Positions 54,401 to 62,824 of a stretch of 64,000 nucleotides of DNA are shown in pieces. This DNA comes from Diplonema japonicum (taxonomy: Eukaryota; Protista; Euglenozoa: Diplonemea), in assembly GCA_964019335.1 (NCBI GenBank), contig OZ025717.1, positions 186,001 through 250,000 of the forward strand, in the 5' to 3' direction. Below the pieces are notes generated by a model that saw only the letters and a list, made by a program, of their open reading frames with translations, ran no database searches and was not told the DNA's origin. Each line of letters opens with the position of its first letter. The first letter of the stretch is position 1. The position numbers were made by a program, and so were the translations under genes.

Positions 54401-55275
54401 TCCTCCCACGTGTAGTTCAGAGAGAACGCCGCAGAGACAAGTCCAGACCAAGTGGGCTGGGCAGGACTGAAACCGTTAACGAAAAGATCGTCCCAAGGGG
54501 AGTGGATGGAGACAACCATCGCGAAAGGCTCCACAGAAGCACAAGCCGACACATCGTACACCGCAGCAGCGGGAGAAACAAAATAACACAGATTGTTGTA
54601 AAGAGACCCCGTGGAGCAAGGGTAGGGACCAGTCCGCAGGGCCATGCCGTACAGGTACGTCGTGGTGGCGATCGGCTTGTCCACTATCAAACCATTGTAG
54701 TGGCAACCGATATTGAAAAAACGGGGTTGAAAGCTGTCGTAGTTGTAGCTGCCCAGCCGTACTCCGTTAACTTCAAGTAGAAGTGTTGTGGTGGAAGGGA
54801 CGACGTGCAGTACGATATACGACCAGTGATGCTCTGTTATGTCGAAGGTCTTTTTTACTTGCTTCACACCGAAGACGTTGATGTACGCAAGCGCAGCACT
54901 GGCGCCCTGTAGCTCAACACGCAAACGCTTGTAAGTCGCAGACTCTTGCCATGAAAACAGCGTTTGGGTTGCCCATTGGTAGTCTGGTTTCACCCAAAAC
55001 GAAAGTGTTGTTTCAGTCCTCATCATCAGTTCGTCGGCGTTGCTATTCACAAGCGTGCCACACCCTGCAAAGCCTGTACGGGTGAACGTCTGTTCACCTG
55101 CCCACGCATCGGGTTTGAAACCGACATTGTAAGGGTTCAGAGCGTGCCCGTTGCCTGTCCTGTCCTGCCAATCGCCTTCAAACAGCCATTCTGCTTCGAT
55201 ACCCCCTTTTGTGGGCGAACACCAAGATAAAAGTAAAATGATGATGATGATGGGTTGTGTTGTCCCTGATGCCAT
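51412..55275 (-). CDS. R9: lectin-mucin-7TM receptor-like paralog
   Basis: The ORF track starts at TTG 55314. The first ATG (MASGTTQPIIIIILLLSWC) is at 55275. The stalk is near-identical to R8. Confidence 0.9.
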   Translation of the reverse strand: MASGTTQPIIIIILLLSWCSPTKGGIEAEWLFEGDWQDRTGNGHALNPYNVGFKPDAWAGEQTFTRTGFAGCGTLVNSNADELMMRTETTLSFWVKPDYQWATQTLFSWQESATYKRLRVELQGASAALAYINVFGVKQVKKTFDITEHHWSYIVLHVVPSTTTLLLEVNGVRLGSYNYDSFQPRFFNIGCHYNGLIVDKPIATTTYLYGMALRTGPYPCSTGSLYNNLCYFVSPAAAVYDVSACASVEPFAMVVSIHSPWDDLFVNGFSPAQPTWSGLVSAAFSLNYTWEDATPLDYTTVWCGDAQHRTAYWSTSGSACETNPMPGNSSTMCTVLDRSLGPGLIDVDCSELYSHMCAFNPLTTLAPDTPFPDTAAPPTPFPDTGAPATPFPDTAAPATPFPDTVAPFTPLPETGAPPTIAPDTSAPITPAPDTSAPATPAPDTSAPATPAPDTSAPATPAPDTSAPTTPAPDTSAPATPAPDTSAPVTPAPDTSAPDTSAPTTPAPSTPAPATPFPDTLAPDTPAPISRAPPTPFPDTNAPDTPAPATPSPPTPFPDTVSPSTPSPDTLTPTALPSPAPDTLAPTAAPTLPPSTAVPTAVPTDAPDTSAPTTSSPPTPFPDTSAPSTPFPDTVAPTATPTASPTSAPDTTPPTTLTPTSVPSTFSPSTAVPTTTPTSLPTAAPDTFPPTAVPTSAPTTSAPSTLAPSTAVPGTFSPLTQQPVTAVPTTVPVTSPPTQAPKEEAVLTPPTPTPGKVIPASEKKATESATSAAAAVNPGGAKLAAVIGMNCEVEDIDLGGGEPLDWEFHPLGIGIGDHAQKYFLGAVVSNLGIVVVFFAVNYAIAWVQVAYFKVPLSTAIFYVRAPGLVYIPMIWLLTGTSMAASNLTFFPSRAPAWVAVVGVVFLTLCLSLPVVMWMTLLRRGKFKATTVPDPKINEDAAEIVKGFGALEGDRIETGKAEVATVYTGWKRTAYILVYGSEVWVRKDGAPDYFVEQYGLFFEQYKHSFHWFSIVEMVQMLTLALSSAWKPHNHGMCMFRNVLITLVLFFFFLAIVTLRPYNSTLDMITATVMSGLMFVAVLLMAIAIGVGGNAMMMKWAAYLLFFTALLMMFKGVYDLILYALDVKIGRRWDAVRAARAGNVEKWKGKKLDFDESALEMSLLASSEASWSMDEGLVPVLGTAVPIVPSAPSRVRVPRAATYHSVFSSSQRQTKPIGKMHDSDLNLSALKTLIDRPVYEKVEKDGLDQSTSSFRPPVRRTRSNSPQKWAARNSATVNSTTSIGSRFVSI

Positions 55276-55391
55276 TTCTTTTTTTGCGGGGGGGGTTTTT
55301 TTTTGTTTGTTCAACAGTTTAGCATCGTCTTTTTTTTTATAATCTGTTGTTTCTATGAGAAGGGGGCGGGGGGTGATTGGTTTGGCGCCGT

Positions 55392-55393
<2 letters not shown>

Positions 55394-55432
<39 letters not shown>
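55394..55432. repeat. (TA)n microsatellite
   Basis: Directly visible, ~120 bp upstream of the R9 start. Confidence 0.95.
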
Positions 55433-55437
<5 letters not shown>

Positions 55438-55669
55438 AAAAAAAAAGAAAAAAAAAAACCTTTTCTGAAGGGAACCTGCAGTATTTGACAGGATCGCCTA
55501 ATCCAGCGCAGGGAGTTGGAAGAAAAAAAAAATCCTTATAAAAGGTAGTTTGTCTGTAGTATCGGGAATGGCGTGGTGGGGAGGGAGAAAGAAAGAAGGC
55601 AGGGAAAAGGAACAAACGCCGGACGCGCAAATTTCCACACCCAAGATGTGAAGACCTGAAGAGAAAAAA

Positions 55670-56090
55670 AAACTCAAAGTGCAGGACAAACCCCCTCGTG
55701 GAGCCGCCCTTGGGTGGGTTGGGGGGGCTATCTATTTATACTCCCCTTCTAGAGCATGCTTTCGTGCGTGGAGAGGGTGGCGAAGATGGGCCTCCTGACG
55801 AAACCCATAGCCGTCTTCCCACCTATTGCGATGAGGGACTTCACTCTCTTCTGTTCATCCGATGGGAAGGGGCGTGGCTTCTTCCGTGCCCTGCAAGCGT
55901 TCAGCTTCCTTATCAGTGCTTTGATCTTGCGAGCCCTATCTTCCAGCAGACCTCCTAATTACTTGCCTGTCGTCCATTCGAAATCGATGGCCAATTCCAC
56001 CGCTGACACTTCAGAGCTGGTTTCTTCCTTCACCATCGTAGCTGTGACAACCACTGCAGCAGCGGGTTCAAAAAAACTCGACAAGATTAA
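55670..56090 (-). mobile_element. Relic B of the same protein family (frameshift + stop)
   Basis: PLLQWLSQLRW/fs/...EVSAVELAIDFEWTTGK*LGGLLEDRARKIKALIRKL...VKSLIAIG...GFVRRPIFA. Its 3' flank (55670-55697) recurs at 25963-25990. Confidence 0.45.
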
Positions 56091-56466
56091 ATTCACACAA
56101 ATCAGTTACTGTTCTGCGTTGCTGTCTGGTGCCTGAGGTGGCTGTTTGTCGTGGTGAGACGGGGCATCCGGCGAGAAACATTACATGGGGTCGAGGAAAG
56201 AAGTCAGATTGTTAACCGCCCGGTACTATACAATTAAAGGCCGCTTTAACAAAGACCAGCCAAGAGTCAACGCCACGTGAATGAAAGAAAGAAAAGAGCA
56301 TTTTGAAGGAAGAAATGTAACACGGGGGGAAGACCGCGAGGGACGGATAAAAAGGGAATTCCCCTCTTCATGGCCCTCTGTATCTCCCTTCTTTGGGTTA
56401 CATTTAGTTCATGTTCAAAATATGTACTTCTTCTTTCTTTCTCTTCTTCTTTAGTCAGCAAAAGAA

Positions 56467-56918
56467 AGAGATGAGATAAAGGAGGCTCCTGTTTTGGAAC
56501 GTCCCCCTTGTCTCTACTTATCTACCCCTTTCTCCCTTCTGGGGCCTCGGCCTTCTTTCTTTTTTGACTGTGTTGCCTTTCTCAAAGTATCCTCTCTTTC
56601 TTCTTGCCACTTTCTGCCCAGTTTCTTAAGGCCCTTCTTGGTTTTCTCTGATGCAAAAACTGGCCTTCTGTTCCATCCCTGAAAAGAAAGGAAAGACAGG
56701 AGGGAGAGAGAGAGAGAGGGGGGGGGAGGAAATGAACAAAGGGCAAAGGGTAAGGTAAATGGGAAAGTTTTCCAACAAAATGAGCCCCGATCTCCGCCCA
56801 GATCGAAGTTTTAAAAAATAAACATCCTTCCTTTATTAACCCAAAAGAAAAAAGAAAATAAGAGATGAGATAAAGGAGGTTCCTGTCTTGGAACGACCCT
56901 TGTCTCTACTTATCTACC
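56467..56918. repeat. Pair of ~60-bp direct repeats (56467-56527 and 56861-56918)
   Basis: AGAGATGAGATAAAGGAGG.TCCTGT.TTGGAACG...TTGTCTCTACTTATCTACC occurs twice. Fragments at ~20150 and ~49143. Confidence 0.75.
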
Positions 56919-57056
56919 TTCTGGGTGAAATAAGAGATTTAGGGTTCGGAGGGCAAGTACGCGGGTTGTAGTGAGGTAAAAATCTATATCCCGACAGAAG
57001 ATACTTACATGTAGAAAAAGATGCACCACGTGCCTCGCCGTTGTGCCCCCAACGCC

Positions 57057-58643
57057 TTATTCTGTTTTGTTGTTTTGTGTCACGTCACCGTCGCTGAGAG
57101 CCTTCTTCACATCAGCTTTTCCTTCTGCGACGAGGATGTGTAATGCGTCGGTGTTTCCCTTCTCGGCAGCTATGCAACACGGGGTAGAACCATTGTTGTC
57201 AGCCTTGTTGACATCGGCTTTCCCTTCCGTGACGAGGAAGCGCAATGCGTTGGCGTGTCCATTCTGAGCCGCTATGTAACACGGGGTAGAACCTCTGCAG
57301 TTGGCCTTGTTCACATCAACCTTTCCTTCCGTGATGAGGAAGCGCAATGCGTTGGCATGTCCATTCTGAGCCGCTATGTAGCACGGGGTAGTACCGTTGC
57401 TGTCTGCCATGTTGGCATCAGCCTTTCCTTCTGTGATGAGGATGCGTAATGCGTCGTAGTGGTCACTCTTAGCCGTCATGTAACACGGGGTAGCACCTAT
57501 CCGGTTGGCATGCCCGTTCTTCTCCTTGGCCTTATTCACATCAACCTTTCCTTCCGTGATGAGGATGCGTAATGCGTCAGCGTGCCCGTATTCAGCCGCT
57601 GCGAAGCACGGGGTAGTACCGTTGGTGACCTTGTTCGCATCAGCTTTTCCTTCCGTGATAAGGATGCGTAATGCGTCAGCATGGCCTTTCTCAGCCGCTA
57701 TGCAACACGGGTCATTTCCAGCCATGTTGACATCAGCCTTTCCTTCCGTGATGAGGACGCGTAATGTGTCAGCGTGTCCATTCTGAGCCGCCAAGTAACA
57801 CGGGGTAGTACCTCCGGAGCTTTTCTTGTTGACATCAGCTTTTCCTTCCATGATGAGGATGCGTAATGCGTCAGCATGTCCATTCTGAGCCGCTGTGTTA
57901 CATGGGGTAATATCATACTCCTTGGCCTTGTTCACATCAGCTTTTCCTTCCGTGATGAGGATGCGCAATACATCGGCGTGCCCGTTTTGAGCCGCCATGA
58001 AACACGGGGTAGAACCCTCGTTGTTGGCCTTGTTCACATCAGCTTTTCCTTCCGTGATGAGGATGCGCAATACATCGGAGTGCCCGTTTTGAGCCGCTAT
58101 GAAACACGGGGTAGAACTCTCGTTGTTGGCCTTGTTCACATCAACCTTTCCTTCTATGATGAGGATGCGCAATGCGTCCACGCAGTTGTGTTCAGCGGCG
58201 ACAGAGCACGCAGTGCTGCCAGACGCATCCACCGTATCCGCCGCCAGACTCCCAGAGAGGAGGACATCCTTCAGAAGGTCAGCCCGATTCTTTGCAGCCG
58301 CCGCATGAAGGACTGTCCGCCCTTTACGCCGTCCCTCTTCCTCGGTCGCTCCCCAGAACGTGTCGCCGAGCACCTGTACCACCTTGTCGAACACAGCCCG
58401 TTTGCAAGAACACGCAAGAAGCCCGACACCTGCTGTGTGAAGCTCCTTTGGTACCCCAGCAAGGTCCGCTCCCTTGCTCAGCAGAACTGCCGCACTGTTC
58501 TCGTGGCTCCCGTTCTTGTTCATCCGCAACGCTGCCGCGAGCGAAGCATTGTGGTACTTTTCGAGAATGACAATGAATGGCTGTGAAGTGCGACTTCCAT
58601 CCGAGCAAGAAGGTAACCGTGGCACACGGGTGGTCGCATTCAA
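57057..58643 (-). CDS. Ankyrin-repeat protein (about 12 repeats of ~34 aa); 5' end uncertain, possibly the 3' part of a spliced or decayed gene
   Basis: Tandem G(S/T)TPC..AA.NGH.D.LRILITEGKADVNK units match the ankyrin consensus. The ORF opens on TTG; the first in-frame ATG is at 58523. Confidence 0.8.
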   Translation of the reverse strand: MNATTRVPRLPSCSDGSRTSQPFIVILEKYHNASLAAALRMNKNGSHENSAAVLLSKGADLAGVPKELHTAGVGLLACSCKRAVFDKVVQVLGDTFWGATEEEGRRKGRTVLHAAAAKNRADLLKDVLLSGSLAADTVDASGSTACSVAAEHNCVDALRILIIEGKVDVNKANNESSTPCFIAAQNGHSDVLRILITEGKADVNKANNEGSTPCFMAAQNGHADVLRILITEGKADVNKAKEYDITPCNTAAQNGHADALRILIMEGKADVNKKSSGGTTPCYLAAQNGHADTLRVLITEGKADVNMAGNDPCCIAAEKGHADALRILITEGKADANKVTNGTTPCFAAAEYGHADALRILITEGKVDVNKAKEKNGHANRIGATPCYMTAKSDHYDALRILITEGKADANMADSNGTTPCYIAAQNGHANALRFLITEGKVDVNKANCRGSTPCYIAAQNGHANALRFLVTEGKADVNKADNNGSTPCCIAAEKGNTDALHILVAEGKADVKKALSDGDVTQNNKTE

Positions 58644-58937
58644 TTTAATTCAGGTTGGAACCATGAACCCTTCGGTCCACTCCTTGGTTAGGTATTTCTG
58701 TTTCTTTTCTGAAGCTGAGAAACAAGTGACGCTGGAAACGTCTGAATGCCCCGAAGGAACCCTGGTGCTCAAGAAAAGTGACTCGCCAAGCTTGTCACGG
58801 GATTAGGCTACCTTGGTTAGCCAAAGAAAAAGAATAGTTTTAACTGACAAATTTTGCGGAGCTTGTAAAAGCCTCATAAGTGCTCTTTCCATCCATGCTG
58901 ACCATCTCGTTGGACTGATTGAAGGCTGTTGTGGTTT

Positions 58938-59313
58938 TCAGTGTTGTAGTCGAGTTGGATCGGAGGTCAATCTTTGTCGGCAGGACACTCCCTCGAAGAG
59001 GTACAGGTCGTCGCTCATGTGGGCTGCTGTGATGTTATGTGACTGTCTTACATACCAACAGGTATCAAACGCGAAGCAAACTATCAACGCATCAAGCGCC
59101 GCCATGAAAAGCGAGAACACTGCAGAGCAGATTACTTACGCTACAATCACCGAAAGTATGAACGGGAACGTAGTGGTCTCTGTCTGAACTGGAGTGGTTA
59201 GTGCATCCGTCTGTCGGAAGAGCATCAGTAGGGCTTGTGACGGGAAAGGTTAAACGGAGCTGAAGTGTCGGAAATGGTGACACCGGAGCCGCGGCATCCA
59301 CCAGAGTCACCAT
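58938..59313 (-). pseudogene. Disrupted coding-like segment upstream of the ankyrin ORF (P/T-rich stretch + hydrophobic helix resembling the choline-transporter-like/SLC44 C-terminus)
   Basis: Reads ...TTFPFILSVIVA*VICSAVFSLFMAALDALIVCFAFD with TAA at 59136-59138 and an apparent frameshift near 59210. The family resemblance is from memory. Confidence 0.4.
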
Positions 59314-59514
59314 CGTTTCATCTTGAAAAGACTAAGGTACGTGTGCGTACTAGCTGCGTTCTTCGAAGGCCGCCTACATAGGCCATTTCCCTCTCGAATG
59401 ACGTACTACCGTGTGTACGGGTTTTTTATTCATTCACTGTGCGGGGGGGGGGGGGGGGGAGGGATACTTTTTACTACCCCCCAAAAGAAAATCCAAAAAC
59501 TTGGAAAAGAAAAA

Positions 59515-60750
59515 AAAATGTATGACACATGGTTGTCCCATGCCACGTAAGAGCCTTTTAAGCCATCGAGGCAGGGATAGAATATATGTACCGCAGCAAA
59601 GGGAAAGGGGGTTTGACTCCCCCACCCCTCTGTTGACTTGCTTTACGAGCCGATCAGCGGGGAGCTGTGCACCACGGTGACAAAGGGTGCCTCCCATCCA
59701 AAGATTCGGTCGAGGGTTTTAAAAAAAGTTTTCGATTTGTCTTCGTTTATTAAATGTGATCAAGGAGGCTTCACACGCAAATTGCCAAATTATAAAAGTG
59801 TTGTCATCATTTGTCTGTTGACCCATCAGTCCATTCCCTCGAAGTGTCCCCTGCAAGCACAGCACCTCTGCGACAAGGGCGTGACGAGGGACTGCACAGG
59901 CAGCACTCTCCCGCCAAAGTAACTCGTCGTGTCCTTCAGTACCTTCACATCTTCCCAACGAATCCTAATGGTGTGTGCTACAGGGAAGCACCCCATGGTC
60001 CTGTTGGGTGGCAGAGTACGTTCTTCACTTGCTCACAAAGGATATCAGTCTCGTCTTCTAATAAAAATAATGTGATCAGGAGGCCTGTTGAGGGACTTCA
60101 CACGCAAATTGCCAAATTATAAAAGTGTCGTCATCATCTGTCTTGACCGAGCAAAAAGTTGTATTGTTTTCTCGCAAAGAGGATAGCCTCAGGAAAGTAC
60201 CAATCAACTCTGATGAGAAACCAAGCAGTGCTTTATTTCCCTTCTTCTTGTGGGACAGAAAAAAGCAGGTCTCGCCATCATCGGCGACCAATCACAGTAC
60301 TGCACAGTGGGCTCAGTCAGGCTACGGAAGCAAGTAAGTTTGCTTTTTTTTTAAGTTTAGTTTCATTCTAAAAATGTATGACACATGGTTGTCCCATGCC
60401 ACGTAAGAGCCTTTTAAGCATCGAGGCAGGGATAGAATATATGTACCGCAGCAAAGGGAAAGGGGGTTTGACTCCCCCACCCCTCTGTTGACTTGCTTTA
60501 CGAGCCGATCAGCGGGGAGCTGTGCACCACGGTGACAAAGGGTGCCTCCCATCCAAAGATTCGGTCGAGGGTTAGAGATAGAGATTTGATTTGTAATTTT
60601 TGTTTATTGATGGCTGTCTCTTCCCCCTTTTATTGCACAAAGGATATCAGTCTCGTCTTCTAAGAAAATAAATGTGATCAGGAGGCCTGTTGAGGGACTT
60701 CACACGCAAATTGCCAAATTATAAAAGTGTTGTCATCACTTGTCTTGACC
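59515..60750. repeat. Local segmental duplication
   Basis: 59515-59716 is nearly identical to 60371-60573; 60034-60148 is similar to 60636-60750; a CTTCACACGCAAATTGCCAAATTATAAAAGTGT block occurs three times. Confidence 0.85.
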
Positions 60751-61396
60751 AGGAATGCAATGGGAAACTGGTGCATAGAAAAATACATTTTTCCGTCCGG
60801 GAGTTTTTCGTTTTACAGTAAATAAATAAAATCAAAAAAAGAAAACAAAAGTAGAAAAGGAATACGATGTTTACGTGAAGACAGCCTCACGAAAGGAAAA
60901 GATGCAAACAAGAAGAGGAACAACAACAAAACAGTGACTCGTGTCGCTGTTGGTGTTTTTGCAGTTCCTTCTTTGCTTGTACCCATGAGAGAGGAAGGAA
61001 AAAGTAAAAAAGGGACATTGTAACATTGTTAACCACTTGAATTTTGAGAAGCACTGGGAGTGGGGAAAGGGTTGAAAGTAGAGAAATAAAGCACACAAAA
61101 GGAGACAAAAAAAAAGGGGGGGCCCTTTTGATGAACTGCCAGGTAAATGGACGGCCAACGCTGTTTGCGTTGTGTGGGAAGAGATGGCAGCAGGAATGAA
61201 GCAGTGGGGAAGGGAGGGAGATTGGGTGGACACGAGACATTTTTACCACAAAAAAGAAGAAGAAAAACTCACACTGCTGTGGGGAAGATATACAAACACC
61301 CACCAAACGGGAAAGGGAAAAAAAAAAAAAAAAAGAAAGAAAGGAGGAAAAGAATAAAACTATATATCTATTTCCCACATCTTATTCACACTCTCT

Positions 61397-62824
61397 CTAC
61401 TTCCAAGGAGGGATGACACCACTGCACCTGGAGCTCCCCGGGAGGAGCTTCTTGCAGAGGGCTTGGGCAAGCTGGGTCGGGGTCGCCTGTCCCGCCTCAG
61501 CAGGCTTGTACATCTCCCAGAAGAACCCTCCCGCGTGGGAGGACTGGGTCTGAGAGATGATGCTGTCCATCATCTGGGTGGTGAGGGGAAGCTGGTGGGT
61601 GGGGTCGTGCTTGGGGTCCGGGTAGGCGGGGGTCCCGATCTCGTAGCCGACAGAGGCGGCGATGGGAACCTCCTTGTAGGTGTTCATGTAGAAGGCCACC
61701 TGCTGGTCCAGCTGGCACACCCCGGGCTGCGGGCACTCGTGGTACTGCTCGTTCGAGCTCAGGTCGTAGGTCATCACGTTCACCCCTCCAGAGCTGGGGC
61801 CTCCCGCCATGAAGCTCACCAGGTCAGGGTAGGCTTGGTTCACCTTCAACCACAACCCCTTCAGGTTCCCTCCCCACCAGCTCCCTCCCCACGCCCCCAC
61901 AGCTCCCGCCGCAGTCGACAGCTTCATCTTCGGCGCCACCTTCCTCATCGTCCCCTCCACGTTCTTCAGGATAGCCGCGTACTTGTACACGGTCTGCTGC
62001 AGGTCCCAAGGCCCCGTCCCCGTCTTGAAGGTGTCGGCGTGCCACATCTCCTCGTAGTCGACGTCCACCCCTGCGCACCCCAGGTCCTTCGCCAGGTGCA
62101 CGAGGTCCTCGTAAGGGTTCCTCCCTGCCGACAGGTACGCCGTCATCCCCGGAACCAGGGTCGAGATCCCTGTCTTCGGGTCCGTCCACTGCTGCCCGGG
62201 GATCATGTTCTCGTTCCACTGGGGTGTCGCCGCCCCGTTCGCTCCCGCCTCCACGTACTCCTTCGCAGCCTTCCAAGAAGCAGAGTGCGAGGGCTCAGGG
62301 AAGATGGAGAAGGACTTGTCGAGAGAGGTGTGCTGCGAGGGAGGCTCGCACACGTAGCAGTACTGGTTCCCCTTCGTGCAGCCGCTCAAGCTGCCCCCTC
62401 CGAACTCTTGGATCTTCCAGTAGTTCGGGGTGCTCGTCCCGTAGCCTCCGACCGAGTAGCGCATGTACAGGTAAGGGTAGCAGTTGTAGTTCCACCCTCC
62501 CATCGACAGGAAGGTCTCCACCCCGCCCGCCTCCAGCTGCTTCACGTACTGCTCCACCTCCGCGAACCCACCGTCCGCCGCCGCCGTCAGGTTCAGCCCC
62601 GTCCCGACAAGGGTCCGCGACCCGTTCACGTACAGCATCGTCGGCGACACGAACGACAGCCACATCCTGTTCACAGGGAGGCTCCCAGCCTTGCTCGCAA
62701 GCACCTTCAGCTGCTGCACGTCCTGCACAAGGAGGTACCCGCCCACGTAGTTCTTCCCAGCTCCTTCCGTCCCCGTTGCGAGAAGCAGGGCTGCTGCCAG
62801 TGAACTCAATAACAAGCCTGACAT
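61397..62824 (-). CDS. Secreted glycoside hydrolase family 18 (chitinase-like) protein
   Basis: 475 aa with a signal peptide, LSMGGWNY (SxGG), GVDVDYEE (DxDxE catalytic motif), VNVMTYD and GGFFW motifs in GH18 TIM-barrel order. Confidence 0.88.
   Translation of the reverse strand: MSGLLLSSLAAALLLATGTEGAGKNYVGGYLLVQDVQQLKVLASKAGSLPVNRMWLSFVSPTMLYVNGSRTLVGTGLNLTAAADGGFAEVEQYVKQLEAGGVETFLSMGGWNYNCYPYLYMRYSVGGYGTSTPNYWKIQEFGGGSLSGCTKGNQYCYVCEPPSQHTSLDKSFSIFPEPSHSASWKAAKEYVEAGANGAATPQWNENMIPGQQWTDPKTGISTLVPGMTAYLSAGRNPYEDLVHLAKDLGCAGVDVDYEEMWHADTFKTGTGPWDLQQTVYKYAAILKNVEGTMRKVAPKMKLSTAAGAVGAWGGSWWGGNLKGLWLKVNQAYPDLVSFMAGGPSSGGVNVMTYDLSSNEQYHECPQPGVCQLDQQVAFYMNTYKEVPIAASVGYEIGTPAYPDPKHDPTHQLPLTTQMMDSIISQTQSSHAGGFFWEMYKPAEAGQATPTQLAQALCKKLLPGSSRCSGVIPPWK

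Noticed and set aside
1-55275. Diversity-generating retroelement (suggested by variable C-type lectin folds)
   Set aside because: No reverse transcriptase ORF and no template/variable repeat pair with adenine-specific mismatches were seen.
61463-62803. 446-aa plus-strand ORF
   Set aside because: Antisense shadow of the GC3-rich GH18 gene, with no recognisable motifs.
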